Of a stretch of DNA of 59,165 nucleotides, positions 48,043 through 57,475 are shown one piece after another. Both the position numbers and the translations under genes were made by a program. The notes beneath the pieces are model-generated. The model had not been told where the DNA came from, did not search any database, and saw only the letters and a list, made by a program, of their open reading frames with translations. Origin of the DNA: a virus (taxonomy: Duplodnaviria > Caudoviricetes). Each line of letters starts with the position of its first letter. Position 1 is the stretch's first letter. The stretch is from the IMG/VR virus record IMGVR_UViG_3300028418_000005, positions 1 through 59,165 of that record. One strand, 5' to 3'.

Positions 48043-49901
48043 TTTATTTCACATCCATCTGCACCACAAGCAATTTCTCCAGCAAGATCTGTTTCATCTT
48101 CTGTTTCTACAATTTTACTAAGATCAATGTCTTTAAGATGTTTCATTGCCATATCATACTGAACCTTGCTTATATCTTCAAATGGTGCTTGAGTATAAGT
48201 TCCGCCATCGTATGGTAATACAGATAATCCATTATAATGATCTCTGTTTTCCCACATCCATTCACCTGCTTTATCCCATTCTTTTTGTTTTAAACTAACA
48301 GTAGCAGAAACATTATGAGTATTAGATCCTTTTCTGTGTCCAGGCTTAACCCATTCAGTAGCTACCTTTTTTATACGTTCAAGTAGATCAAATGGTGATT
48401 CATGTCTTAGTATAGAATCTTCAGGTGCCTTTTGTGGTATACTAATTACAGCAGTGTCATGAGGTCTAAAAAACTCATCTTCAATTAACTCAGGATGATT
48501 AGTAGATAAATACTTATACATAGATTCGTTTTTACCAACTCTAATCCTACGTGTATAATAATCATTATGCCACGCATGAATACCAGATGAAGTTCCTAAT
48601 GCCAGAGATGTTGTCCCAGCAGGCTTCACGGTCGTGCATCTAGCTGCTGGATTAATACCAATTGCTTTAGCTGTCTTTGTATTCTCTCTTTTTACTATAT
48701 TTGCAGCGGCCTTCATATCCAACGGCAGCACAGCGGCACTCGCGATTCCTGTCATTGATACACCGATAAGGGCGTCCTTCTCTGTCGTATCTCTCCATAC
48801 ATCTCTTAAATAATGAAAGTCAGTGTAACCAGCTTGTAATGTACCTATAAAGCTTGCTTTTCTAACTCTATCGTTAAAATCTTCTTGTGATTCAATATCA
48901 CTAGCATTTACTTCACATAGGTTGCAAAACTGAAAAGGTCTTAATGCTATTTCACAACAAGGGTTTGTACCCCAGTCTTTATCATTGTTAAGGTATATAC
49001 CAGGTTCACCTGATCCTGATAGCTCTACACGTTTCCATAGATCCATAAAAAAGCCTTTAGTTACTTTATGTCTCATAAGAACAGCTGAATTATTAGCTCT
49101 ACCTCTTTGTGGGTTTGTTTCCCACCAGTTACCTGATTTACAACTAATCATTTCATTGTCTTCAGCAGAGAATAAACTAATTAAAGCAGCTCTACGAATA
49201 CCACCAGCTAAAACTGAATCAGCTATGTGACAAACAATATCATGAGCCTCAACAGTAGTTAATTTTGTACCGTCATCTTTAGCATCTAATATACCTTTAA
49301 TCTTTAGTATACACTCTTTTAATGGCTGAGGACCTGGTGCTTTACCACCTGATGTAACTAACTGTGCGCCTTTAGCTCTAATATCTGAGTAGTCAAAGTC
49401 TACAGTAGAGCTTCTTTTATCACCCATATAAGACTTCATAAGCACCTTAATTGCGTCAGCCCAACCTTCGATACTATCACCAATTAAAAACCTTCTAGTT
49501 CTTTTAGCATAAGGTTGATTAACTGGTTGCATTTTACTTACGTGATGATTTTGTACAGAATATCCAACACCGGTTCCTCCAAGTAGCAAGAACATTGTTT
49601 CGTGAAAACTATCAATGTGATCAATTGGTAAATAAGCGCAATTATACACGCGATTAGGGCTAATTTCAATCGGTTTTCCTCCGAATTGAAGTGATCGCAT
49701 AGAAGGTAGTATCTTTTTGCTATATACGCTTTTATAAGCTTCATCAATTTCATTATGTAATTTAGGGTATTTTTTAATATGCATATTTTTGTTACGAGTA
49801 ACTAACTCTTCCCAAGTTTCTCTACGATTCAACTCAGGAATAAATTTAGCATACTTCATATACACAGTTATATCACTTAGTATTTTGTTTGATAGCTCCA
49901 T
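48039..49901 (-). CDS. nrdJ: class II adenosylcobalamin-dependent ribonucleotide reductase
   Basis: ILPSMRSL, YNCAY, GGIRRAALI, TNPCCEI, TTVKPAGT, C-terminal ACGADGCEI; no beta subunit adjacent. Confidence 0.9.
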   Translation of the reverse strand: MELSNKILSDITVYMKYAKFIPELNRRETWEELVTRNKNMHIKKYPKLHNEIDEAYKSVYSKKILPSMRSLQFGGKPIEISPNRVYNCAYLPIDHIDSFHETMFLLLGGTGVGYSVQNHHVSKMQPVNQPYAKRTRRFLIGDSIEGWADAIKVLMKSYMGDKRSSTVDFDYSDIRAKGAQLVTSGGKAPGPQPLKECILKIKGILDAKDDGTKLTTVEAHDIVCHIADSVLAGGIRRAALISLFSAEDNEMISCKSGNWWETNPQRGRANNSAVLMRHKVTKGFFMDLWKRVELSGSGEPGIYLNNDKDWGTNPCCEIALRPFQFCNLCEVNASDIESQEDFNDRVRKASFIGTLQAGYTDFHYLRDVWRDTTEKDALIGVSMTGIASAAVLPLDMKAAANIVKRENTKTAKAIGINPAARCTTVKPAGTTSLALGTSSGIHAWHNDYYTRRIRVGKNESMYKYLSTNHPELIEDEFFRPHDTAVISIPQKAPEDSILRHESPFDLLERIKKVATEWVKPGHRKGSNTHNVSATVSLKQKEWDKAGEWMWENRDHYNGLSVLPYDGGTYTQAPFEDISKVQYDMAMKHLKDIDLSKIVETEDETDLAGEIACGADGCEIK

Positions 49902-50094
49902 CTTCTTTTTCTTTTTTAGTTACTTCTTTTTTTAGAAACTCTATCGCTTTTTCATAACCTGGCATAAGCTTTAAAGTTTCTAATGTACCTACAGATAAAT
50001 CTCTTAGCTGTGTATTTTCATTTATTAATTGCTGTAACACGTTTGTTATAGCTTTTATTTTATTCTGCATCTCTAGCAAAGTACTTTCTTTCAT
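49873..50094 (-). CDS. hypothetical coiled-coil protein
   Basis: 73 aa, overlaps nrdJ start. Confidence 0.7.
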   Translation of the reverse strand: MKESTLLEMQNKIKAITNVLQQLINENTQLRDLSVGTLETLKLMPGYEKAIEFLKKEVTKKEKEDGAIKQNTK

Positions 50095-50233
50095 ATTTTA
50101 TAAGTTCTTTATATTTTAAATATCCTTTTTGTTCTATACTCCAATCAATAAACTTTTGTAATTGACGTTCGGCATATTTTCTTCTAGCTAAGTCTTTCTT
50201 TTCCCAAGAATTAAGCTCACGGTTTCGTCGCAT
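50060..50233 (-). CDS. 57-aa hypothetical protein
   Basis: MRRNRELNSWEKKDLARRKYAERQLQKFIDW...; bridges the gap between neighbours; read manually. Confidence 0.45.
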   Translation of the reverse strand: MRRNRELNSWEKKDLARRKYAERQLQKFIDWSIEQKGYLKYKELIKYERKYFARDAE

Positions 50234-50631
50234 TCTTTTTGATTTTGTGGTTTATATAGAGTAACGCTATTAAGTCGTTCGCTGACATACTTCTTAAATA
50301 GTTTCCAGCGTATAGGAAAAGATTCGTTTGCCCTTCCTTTACACTCAATGATAAATCCCCTTCCTGTAAAATCAGGTGTGTAAGAGATTTTAAGTATTTT
50401 TTTGCTTCCACGATCTTTGTACTCGCCTTTTCCGTTTGATTGTCTTTCATAACATTTATTTTTAAAGTCAAATGAAGGGGCAATTTCATACTTAACCCCT
50501 TCATATTCAGCCTGTATATCTGCTTCTTTCAAAGCTTTGTACATATACGCTTCTAAACCTGACTTAAATTCTATTCCATCTACAATTTTCTTTTTAGCTT
50601 GTACAGGACCTCTCTTTTTACGACGCAACAT
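50188..50631 (-). CDS. PD-(D/E)XK endonuclease, T7 endonuclease I / resolvase-like
   Basis: FKSGLE, YTPDF, IIECKG motifs. Confidence 0.8.
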   Translation of the reverse strand: MLRRKKRGPVQAKKKIVDGIEFKSGLEAYMYKALKEADIQAEYEGVKYEIAPSFDFKNKCYERQSNGKGEYKDRGSKKILKISYTPDFTGRGFIIECKGRANESFPIRWKLFKKYVSERLNSVTLYKPQNQKECDETVSLILGKRKT

Positions 50632-50959
50632 CTGTTACGTAATAAGGTATACCTTTAGCGTCACTAGGATGTGGTGGTCTAAAAGAATCAGATAAAGGTT
50701 TGTTAACACCTAATATATTTTCTTTATCATCTTCTGCTAACTCTTCTTTAGCCGCTTGAATATAAAGAATAGCATCCATAAGCTCTTCTTGCACATCATT
50801 AAGATAACCAGCTAAATCTTTATGTTTACCAGTTCTTTCATCGTGTAATGTTCTACCATATTTAGCATAGCCAACATCTGATCTTGTAACGAACTTGTCG
50901 CAGACTCTTTCTACAACAGGATCTCTGAATAATATAGTCTTACTTTTCATCTTTAACAA
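50618..50959 (-). CDS. putative all-alpha NTP pyrophosphohydrolase-like protein
   Basis: GYAKYG...DVQEELMDAILY; true start may be 50950. Confidence 0.55.
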   Translation of the reverse strand: MLKMKSKTILFRDPVVERVCDKFVTRSDVGYAKYGRTLHDERTGKHKDLAGYLNDVQEELMDAILYIQAAKEELAEDDKENILGVNKPLSDSFRPPHPSDAKGIPYYVTDVAS

Positions 50960-51788
50960 ATGTTCCGTTAACCATTTTACCAGTACGTTTAGATATTACT
51001 TTGTATGCCGCGTCGATACAGTCCTCAATAGTTGTACCACCGAGATGTGCCATATTAGTTAATACTACAACCATATCGCCTATGGCATCTACAAATTCAG
51101 GTTGATCGTCTTTAAGTACAGCGCGACCTAGTTCACCAGCTTCTTCCATTAGCTTACAGAACTGAGTCTTCTTATCGCCTTTAGTATATAAACCTCTTTC
51201 ACCAGCCCAGTCTCTTATTAATTGAAACCTATTATCTGTTTTCATGTATTCTATTGAACCGTTCAGCTTAGCTCTTTTACCTAAAGTATCATAGTAAGCT
51301 TGATATACGTTATTTTTATTAGAATCTGTAAATTTAGCTAAAGCTTTATTGTATACATAAGATCTTTCTGTAGTATACATAGAAGTTTTAACGTTATCCA
51401 TTATCCATTTAATAGTATCAAGATTTATTTCAAACTCTCCGTGAGATGTTATCCATTTTTTACCTAGTTGATCCATTAGTCTTCCCTTTAATTTAGATAC
51501 CGGCACTGGAAATGTGCTAGTCTGCTCTGTCGCGTTTATGTGCATTGTATTTGATTTAATTTTATTAATATATAGATCTTTATATTTTTGTCTGTCAACT
51601 CTATAGCCATGAGACAATTGAAGTTCTAACTCGCGGTCAGATATATAATCAATATCTGTACTTTGTTCTAGAACTTCTACTTCGTCTAAGCTGTAACCTT
51701 GTTGGTCTACGACTCTAGATATAAGATCACGTGTAACACCTATTTTTTTACCCGGTATATGGTATAAATAATAATTAATTTTATCCAT
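50940..51788 (-). CDS. GIY-YIG-like N-terminal domain fused to MazG-like NTP pyrophosphohydrolase
   Basis: YYLYH...KIGVTRDL..RV...E at N-terminus; KLMEEAGEL...DAIGDMVVVL...GTFVK at C-terminus. Confidence 0.7.
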   Translation of the reverse strand: MDKINYYLYHIPGKKIGVTRDLISRVVDQQGYSLDEVEVLEQSTDIDYISDRELELQLSHGYRVDRQKYKDLYINKIKSNTMHINATEQTSTFPVPVSKLKGRLMDQLGKKWITSHGEFEINLDTIKWIMDNVKTSMYTTERSYVYNKALAKFTDSNKNNVYQAYYDTLGKRAKLNGSIEYMKTDNRFQLIRDWAGERGLYTKGDKKTQFCKLMEEAGELGRAVLKDDQPEFVDAIGDMVVVLTNMAHLGGTTIEDCIDAAYKVISKRTGKMVNGTFVKDEK

Positions 51789-52467
51789 ATTGTCTAGCTC
51801 TTGATGTTAATGTGTTTCTCTCTGGTATTTGATCATCGTATAAATGTAAGTTGTGTGCAAAATGGTAGTATGTACCTATCTCATATCCTGTTCTCTCTGA
51901 TACTAGTTCTTGTAGTTTACTGAAACAATATTGATCAATACAGAAACCAAACCATAGATCATTAGATCGCATCGTAACGCACATATTTAATTTGTTATTA
52001 ACAACTGTAAACTGTATTGCGTATGTACAAGGCGTATCATATTTATAATTAGATATTTCTTTACCATCATAAATAGATATTGCAGCTTGTCTAGTGTTAG
52101 GATTATTTTTTAACATAGCTACAACCTTATCTAGTTGCCAACCTCGCTCCCATTGAGCACCGTAATTAGAATTAACCTTACCATTTTCATCAGCCATCTT
52201 TTGCCATATCTTAGGTATCTTACCATATATACTACCAAGAGTATCTATTGTAGGTTCACCAGATAAATACCATTGCCATTCAGCTTCAGCATATTTTAAA
52301 TTAAACTCTCTAGTTTCGTTTGTTATAACGCGGTCTGTAGGGTTTAATATAGTAAAGCCTTGGTTAAACATAGCTATTGTGTTGTCAAACTTTTGACCGT
52401 CATATGGTATTGTACCATAATAAAAGCTAAAAGCTTCGTCTGCATTTTTAAATTTATAATCTATCAT
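51781..52467 (-). CDS. thymidylate-synthase family enzyme with dCMP (hydroxy)methylase signature
   Basis: NSNYG, catalytic PCT, RSNDLWFGFCID (Asp at the substrate-specificity position), HNLHLY. Confidence 0.8.
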   Translation of the reverse strand: MIDYKFKNADEAFSFYYGTIPYDGQKFDNTIAMFNQGFTILNPTDRVITNETREFNLKYAEAEWQWYLSGEPTIDTLGSIYGKIPKIWQKMADENGKVNSNYGAQWERGWQLDKVVAMLKNNPNTRQAAISIYDGKEISNYKYDTPCTYAIQFTVVNNKLNMCVTMRSNDLWFGFCIDQYCFSKLQELVSERTGYEIGTYYHFAHNLHLYDDQIPERNTLTSRARQYG

Positions 52468-52474
52468 ATGTTTA

Positions 52475-52744
52475 TTATCCCTTACCTTTCGTATTTAATT
52501 TGTAATAATATCTATACATTTCAAATAGCTTAGGTAGTATTTCATGTTTTTTATATTCGCCTGGGCTAATCATTTCCTTGTTATTAGCTACAATCCTTAT
52601 TTTCCATTGTTGATTTTTAAAACCTTCAACAGCTGCTAGCATGCCTATTTTTATTCCGTGGTTTATACACCAGCTATATGCAGCATCATCTTCTTTAGTT
52701 CTCTTATATGGATCAGGTTGTATACACTTATCAACTAGTCCCAA
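52475..52744 (-). CDS. hypothetical protein
   Basis: 89 aa, overlaps primase-helicase stop. Confidence 0.65.
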   Translation of the reverse strand: MGLVDKCIQPDPYKRTKEDDAAYSWCINHGIKIGMLAAVEGFKNQQWKIRIVANNKEMISPGEYKKHEILPKLFEMYRYYYKLNTKGKG

Positions 52745-54447
52745 GGCATTTTCTCATCTAAGTCAGGCATTTCATGCGGAACAAAGCAACCAGACTTTGG
52801 TTCCCAAGTAAAATGGGCTTCAGCTCCGTTCTCACCTAAGTTTTGAAACTTGCATTTCAATACCTTAACTTTTGTGGTTTTGTTTTCGTAGTTTCTATGA
52901 ACTAACAAGCCGTGGTAACTAGCATCATACCATTCACCACCACCTTTTATATTATACATCGTTGGCTCTTCAATCTTACCATCTTGTGTCTTATACATTT
53001 TAGTAGGATGTGCAACTATAAATACTAACACATCATACTTCTTAGCAAACGTTTCGATCTTAGTTAGATATTCCATTGTGTAACGATTAATGTCCTCTGT
53101 CTTACAATCAATGTCTCTAACCTTATTAAATGGATCTATAACTAGACATTTAATACCTTTACGTTTAACTAGCTCAGCTCCTTTACGCAGTACAGATTCT
53201 AAAGTATAACGTTCCATATCAATAAAGAAAAAGTTATCATTAACATGATTAGCTACTTGATTCCATTTGTCTCCACCAATATGGCCTTTATTAGGCATGT
53301 CACCCCATACTTTACGCATAAGCTTATGTGCATGTAAGAACGTAGGAGCATTTTCAGGAGATGCAAACGCAGTCTTCCATTTATATTCTCTATTGTAGCC
53401 TACAACCATTTGATCTACAAAATCTGATTTACCTGAACTAGGTATACCTGTTACAGTTATAAACTGTTTAGTGTACGTAGAAAAGATGTTGTCAAAATTA
53501 GGTAAACCAACTTGAAAACCACGTTTAAAACCATTACGAACAAAGTCTGTAACTTCATCTTCAATATCTTTAAACGTTGTAACGTTTTCTAATGGAACAG
53601 GTCTTGCATCTAAGACCCTAGACTTGAGCTCTGATGCATTATATTTAATTAGATATTCATTTGCATCTTTGCAATCATCAAATGATGCTAGATAACAAAC
53701 CTCAGCACCAAGACGTCTTACAAGCTCTGATTGTAATGCTAAACCTGGTGGATCATTATCTACTGCAATGATTATCTTTTCTTTGTCTGTAAAGTAATCA
53801 ATACAATTATCTAAGTAATCTAAGTTATTGCTATTTAATGTAGCACCATTTGGAACTGATATAGCATTTGTTACACCTGCTTCATGTAAAGCTAACACAT
53901 CCATTTCGCCTTCAACTATAATACATGTATCATGTCCTACAGTATTATCTATATTGTAAAATACTTTTTCAGCTCCTTTATATAGCTTAAAGTTCTTACG
54001 TCCATCTCTATATTTAACATTTGTAAGTATTCCACCTACAAAATAATTAAATTGAATAGTATTCTCGGGTTTACCGGTCTGTGGCATAAACTCTTTTCCA
54101 ACACTTACTTCAACATCTTTTAATGTTTGTTCAGATATACCTCTTGTTTTAAACCACTCTACAATCTTATTGTCTAAGTTTCCAACAGTAGTTTTTTCAG
54201 GTACTACATAATCACGTTCAGCTTTGCCTTTACGTTTAAATGTATGTAGTTGAAAAGTTTTATCACAGTTATGGCAAGTACCGATACCACGACCCCAGTC
54301 ATAAGAAGAGCATTTAGCTTTCTTGTTCTCAGGTTTCCTAGAAGATGAACACAGGGGACAAATCCCCTGCGTTTTACCTACTTCTAAGCCGTGCTGATTA
54401 AAAGTTTCAATTAAGAAACCATTTATTTCTTTATCTTCGACTTGCAT
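52735..54447 (-). CDS. primase-helicase (T7 gp4/Twinkle type)
   Basis: CPLC...CHNC zinc finger, TOPRIM IVEGEMD/DND, SF4 GIPSSGKS, VIDP, VAHP. Confidence 0.93.
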   Translation of the reverse strand: MQVEDKEINGFLIETFNQHGLEVGKTQGICPLCSSSRKPENKKAKCSSYDWGRGIGTCHNCDKTFQLHTFKRKGKAERDYVVPEKTTVGNLDNKIVEWFKTRGISEQTLKDVEVSVGKEFMPQTGKPENTIQFNYFVGGILTNVKYRDGRKNFKLYKGAEKVFYNIDNTVGHDTCIIVEGEMDVLALHEAGVTNAISVPNGATLNSNNLDYLDNCIDYFTDKEKIIIAVDNDPPGLALQSELVRRLGAEVCYLASFDDCKDANEYLIKYNASELKSRVLDARPVPLENVTTFKDIEDEVTDFVRNGFKRGFQVGLPNFDNIFSTYTKQFITVTGIPSSGKSDFVDQMVVGYNREYKWKTAFASPENAPTFLHAHKLMRKVWGDMPNKGHIGGDKWNQVANHVNDNFFFIDMERYTLESVLRKGAELVKRKGIKCLVIDPFNKVRDIDCKTEDINRYTMEYLTKIETFAKKYDVLVFIVAHPTKMYKTQDGKIEEPTMYNIKGGGEWYDASYHGLLVHRNYENKTTKVKVLKCKFQNLGENGAEAHFTWEPKSGCFVPHEMPDLDEKMPWD

Positions 54448-54460
54448 TTATTTTATTTAA

Positions 54461-54787
54461 TTAAAATGGTAGATCTGGATCAGCAGCTACTGCTTGTGGT
54501 TTATTGTTCTGTGGCTGTTGCTGTTGACCTCCGCCTTCGTAAGGTATTTTTTCAGGAAATGTTCCGTTAGTCCATAAGACTTTTACATTGCCTAAATATG
54601 TCTTAGCTACCTTAGCTTCTCTTTCTTCTTTCGATTGCTCTACACATACAGGGCCTTGATTTCCAAACTGATCTGGTTCATCATTTACTGTAATCGTAAT
54701 AGGTAGGTATTTACCTTTCTTGCCTTCGATTATTTTTGATTTATCAATTGCATTTAAATTGATACTTGCTTTTATTATTCCTGCCAT
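54461..54787 (-). CDS. putative single-stranded DNA-binding protein
   Basis: GKKGKYL...DQFGN...YLGN core, Gln-rich linker, acidic DPDLPF tail. Confidence 0.7.
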   Translation of the reverse strand: MAGIIKASINLNAIDKSKIIEGKKGKYLPITITVNDEPDQFGNQGPVCVEQSKEEREAKVAKTYLGNVKVLWTNGTFPEKIPYEGGGQQQQPQNNKPQAVAADPDLPF

Positions 54788-54788
54788 A

Positions 54789-55523
54789 TTATAGGGTTTT
54801 ATTTATAAAATAATTGTTAGGATCGAAATCCTTGTTATTAAAGAACAGATCGTATATTTCAGATGCTTTTTCAACCTTTTCAAAACCTGTTTTGTAAAAG
54901 TTATCTGAGCAATCATATATACCAATTTGTCCTGTGTTCTTATCTATAGCCATAAATAACATATCATAGCCAAATAAGTTCTTATATACATAAGCTTGTG
55001 AATCGTAATTATATTTTTTAGCCGACCAATGGAACTTTTCCAAGTCTGCAGTAGTCTTTAAATCAATAACTAATTTTTCACTGTGGTTAACAATATCAGC
55101 TTTACCTTTCCACCAATTACCTGCTAATTCACAGACACCGGGAACTTCAAACTCATTACCTTCAGCATGTATAAAATCACGACAAACCTTATTGTTCATC
55201 ATTTTTTCTACTAACGCTTCAACTTTGTCAACCTCATGTTGTAATAAACAAACTTCTCCGTTTGTTATTTCTTTGTAAGCTTTAGTATTACGCGAGGTAG
55301 CTTCCACAATCTTAAAATTCTTGATTTTGTCTGGTTCAAGAATAGCAGTATGGAAGTAACCTCCTATAAGAAAGTGAGGAGCTGATTCAGATGGCTTTTT
55401 AAAATCAAGTGGACTTGTCATCAGTGTTCTTATATCTGAGTTAGATATAAACTGCCTTCCAAACTCACCGTAATAATCATCATCGTTCTTCAGCCTCTCT
55501 AGTATTTCTTTTTTATTTTTCAT
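54789..55523 (-). CDS. RecE/ExoVIII-like PD-(D/E)XK exonuclease
   Basis: ISNSDI, FHTAILEP, KGKAD, IDLKTT, YDSQAYVY. Confidence 0.85.
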   Translation of the reverse strand: MKNKKEILERLKNDDDYYGEFGRQFISNSDIRTLMTSPLDFKKPSESAPHFLIGGYFHTAILEPDKIKNFKIVEATSRNTKAYKEITNGEVCLLQHEVDKVEALVEKMMNNKVCRDFIHAEGNEFEVPGVCELAGNWWKGKADIVNHSEKLVIDLKTTADLEKFHWSAKKYNYDSQAYVYKNLFGYDMLFMAIDKNTGQIGIYDCSDNFYKTGFEKVEKASEIYDLFFNNKDFDPNNYFINKTL

Positions 55524-56065
55524 AATGTAGCTAATTCTTTCTCTTGATCTTTTGTTAATTTATATTTAGATTTAATAGCATCTAACTTACCACCACTTTT
55601 AACATACTCTTTAGCTTTAATTAGCTGAGCTGTTGATATAGCTTTTTGTGTGATAGTTTCTTTATTATGTGTATTCGTAGCATCTGAATCTTGAGTGTCA
55701 TCTATCAAGAACAAATTGCCAAGTGCATATTTTTTACCGTATGAACTTGCAGAACCGTATCTTTGAGGCATTTGCATTCCTTTTTGATCAGTATCAACTC
55801 CTACAATAGCTGTAGCTTTTATAGTGTCCTTACCGTCTGATATAGTTGCTACTGTTTTAATAACAGGTAAATCACAACTACCAGGTTTCATTGTAAGTAA
55901 CTCTTCATCTATAGTTATTGTAACTTTTAACTCTTTCAAAAAAGGTTTTGTTGCTTCTAGGATGTCTTCGGCAGATCGGAAATAATACTTACCGAATGAG
56001 TTAAATCTACTTTTCTTTGATTTAAACTCAGATTGAATTTTAGATAATTTTTCGTTAATTGTCAT
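55520..56065 (-). CDS. ERF-family single-strand annealing protein
   Basis: FNSFGKYYFRSAEDIL, GSASSYGKKYALGNLFLIDD.QDSD. Confidence 0.88.
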   Translation of the reverse strand: MTINEKLSKIQSEFKSKKSRFNSFGKYYFRSAEDILEATKPFLKELKVTITIDEELLTMKPGSCDLPVIKTVATISDGKDTIKATAIVGVDTDQKGMQMPQRYGSASSYGKKYALGNLFLIDDTQDSDATNTHNKETITQKAISTAQLIKAKEYVKSGGKLDAIKSKYKLTKDQEKELATL

Positions 56066-56067
56066 AT

Positions 56068-56099
56068 TTATATAATTACATATTTATTTATTGTTTTAC
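56068..56099 (-). promoter_or_regulatory. putative phage sigma-dependent promoter for the recombination/replication operon
   Basis: minus strand GTAAA-N15-GTAATTATATA. Confidence 0.5.
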
Positions 56100-56108
56100 A
56101 TGAGTAAC

Positions 56109-56867
56109 TTACAGGAAGTCAACCACTTGCGAGTGATCTACATTCTCTATAAGTTTGTCTACAGCTTGCTTTTTTAACTCTGAAACCCGCACATAAGAGG
56201 ATATACCTTTTATATCTAGTTTTTCTGCTATTTGTTTAGCTGACCACTTAGGACCATCAAGTCCATAACTTTTACTAAGAGTAAAAACTTCGTTCCACTC
56301 TAGGTGTTTTGTTAATAAACTCATAATATAGGTGTTTAACATTTCTTCGTTATAAGGATCTGACTGATCAGGTATTTGATAAATCATATCTTCGTCGTCA
56401 TATGGTTTTTTGTCTATACTTAAAAACATAGAATTAAAAAACATAGCAACCATTTTTTTATCTTTACCTCCATCTTTGCGTATTTCATTTAGCTTGTGTT
56501 CTGGTATCCTCATTTGAGCTCTGTTTTTGTCTATTTCTCTTCTTATACCTCCACGTATGCGTTTAGCAAAAAAAGATTTTAATGATTTCAACTTGTCTTC
56601 TGATTCTAATAACTTATCTCTATCAAGCTTACCTACAGCTTTACAAAGTTGCATGCTACCTTCTTGTAATAAATCCATGATAGACATAACACCTGAAGCT
56701 TCTTGAGCTGTTGAAAATTTTCTAGCTACATTTTCCACTAAAGGTAAAAATATTAATTTAAGCTCTTCATCAGTGTAATCTACATAGTCTCTTACAGGTA
56801 TTATAGCTAAAGCTCTTTTAATATCTTCTTTATACCTTATATAGTTTTTTACATTATATTTTTTCAT
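56109..56867 (-). CDS. sigma-70 family RNA polymerase sigma factor
   Basis: LVENVARKF, MDLLQEG..LCKAV.K.D, KRIRGGIRREI, MRIPEH, region-4-like AKQIAEKL...VRVSELKKQAVDKL. Confidence 0.85.
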   Translation of the reverse strand: MKKYNVKNYIRYKEDIKRALAIIPVRDYVDYTDEELKLIFLPLVENVARKFSTAQEASGVMSIMDLLQEGSMQLCKAVGKLDRDKLLESEDKLKSLKSFFAKRIRGGIRREIDKNRAQMRIPEHKLNEIRKDGGKDKKMVAMFFNSMFLSIDKKPYDDEDMIYQIPDQSDPYNEEMLNTYIMSLLTKHLEWNEVFTLSKSYGLDGPKWSAKQIAEKLDIKGISSYVRVSELKKQAVDKLIENVDHSQVVDFL

Positions 56868-57475
56868 AAGCTTTTATTTAATAAATCTTTTTCATTTTTT
56901 AATTCTGAACTCATATTTCTATGTATTGTTCTACTTGAACAGTTTAATAAACCGGCTATGCGGCCTATAGTTATTTTTTTACCCGTGTCGTTTAATTCTA
57001 ACATACATTGATAAATTTTTTCTTCATCCATACTTTTTCTACCTATTAATTGGCCTACAATACTTAGTTTTTGTTTTTTATCTAGTCCTGTACCATCTTT
57101 AAAAACCACTTTACGTAATTTATTTTTAGGTGGTTGTTCTAGATCTTGCATATAAACATCTTTTACAACTTTATGTAATAGTTTTTTAGGTACTTTAAAA
57201 GTAACAAAACCATTTTTTTTATAACAAATAACCTCAGACAGTTGTTTGAATCTTTTTAAATCCATATCAGGATTCAAATACCAAAGAGTTAATAAATGCC
57301 ATTTTAAAGATCTTAAAGTGTTTATTTTAGCATCACTATTAAATAGACTATAATACCCGTGAGTACCATCAGCATAATACCAACCCCACTCATATTCTTG
57401 AGTAGGTAAGTCTTCTGAATACTTCCTATACACGATACGGTTATCATTTAAATATTTCATAGCTCTATATGACAT
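56864..57475 (-). CDS. DNA-binding protein with C-terminal helix-turn-helix (possible initiator/regulator)
   Basis: KITIGRIAGLLNCSSRTIHRNM; true start may be the second ATG at 57460. Confidence 0.7.
   Translation of the reverse strand: MSYRAMKYLNDNRIVYRKYSEDLPTQEYEWGWYYADGTHGYYSLFNSDAKINTLRSLKWHLLTLWYLNPDMDLKRFKQLSEVICYKKNGFVTFKVPKKLLHKVVKDVYMQDLEQPPKNKLRKVVFKDGTGLDKKQKLSIVGQLIGRKSMDEEKIYQCMLELNDTGKKITIGRIAGLLNCSSRTIHRNMSSELKNEKDLLNKSL

Noticed and set aside
3166-49753. Many 60-150 aa antisense or out-of-frame ORFs nested in long genes (e.g. 7686-7967, 15592-16047, 41751-42209, 44730-45146)
   Set aside because: Shadow ORFs of well-supported genes, with no motifs or leaders
15255-54447. Introns or inteins in terL, nrdJ or primase-helicase
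   Set aside because: Lengths are ordinary and no intein termini or frame breaks were seen
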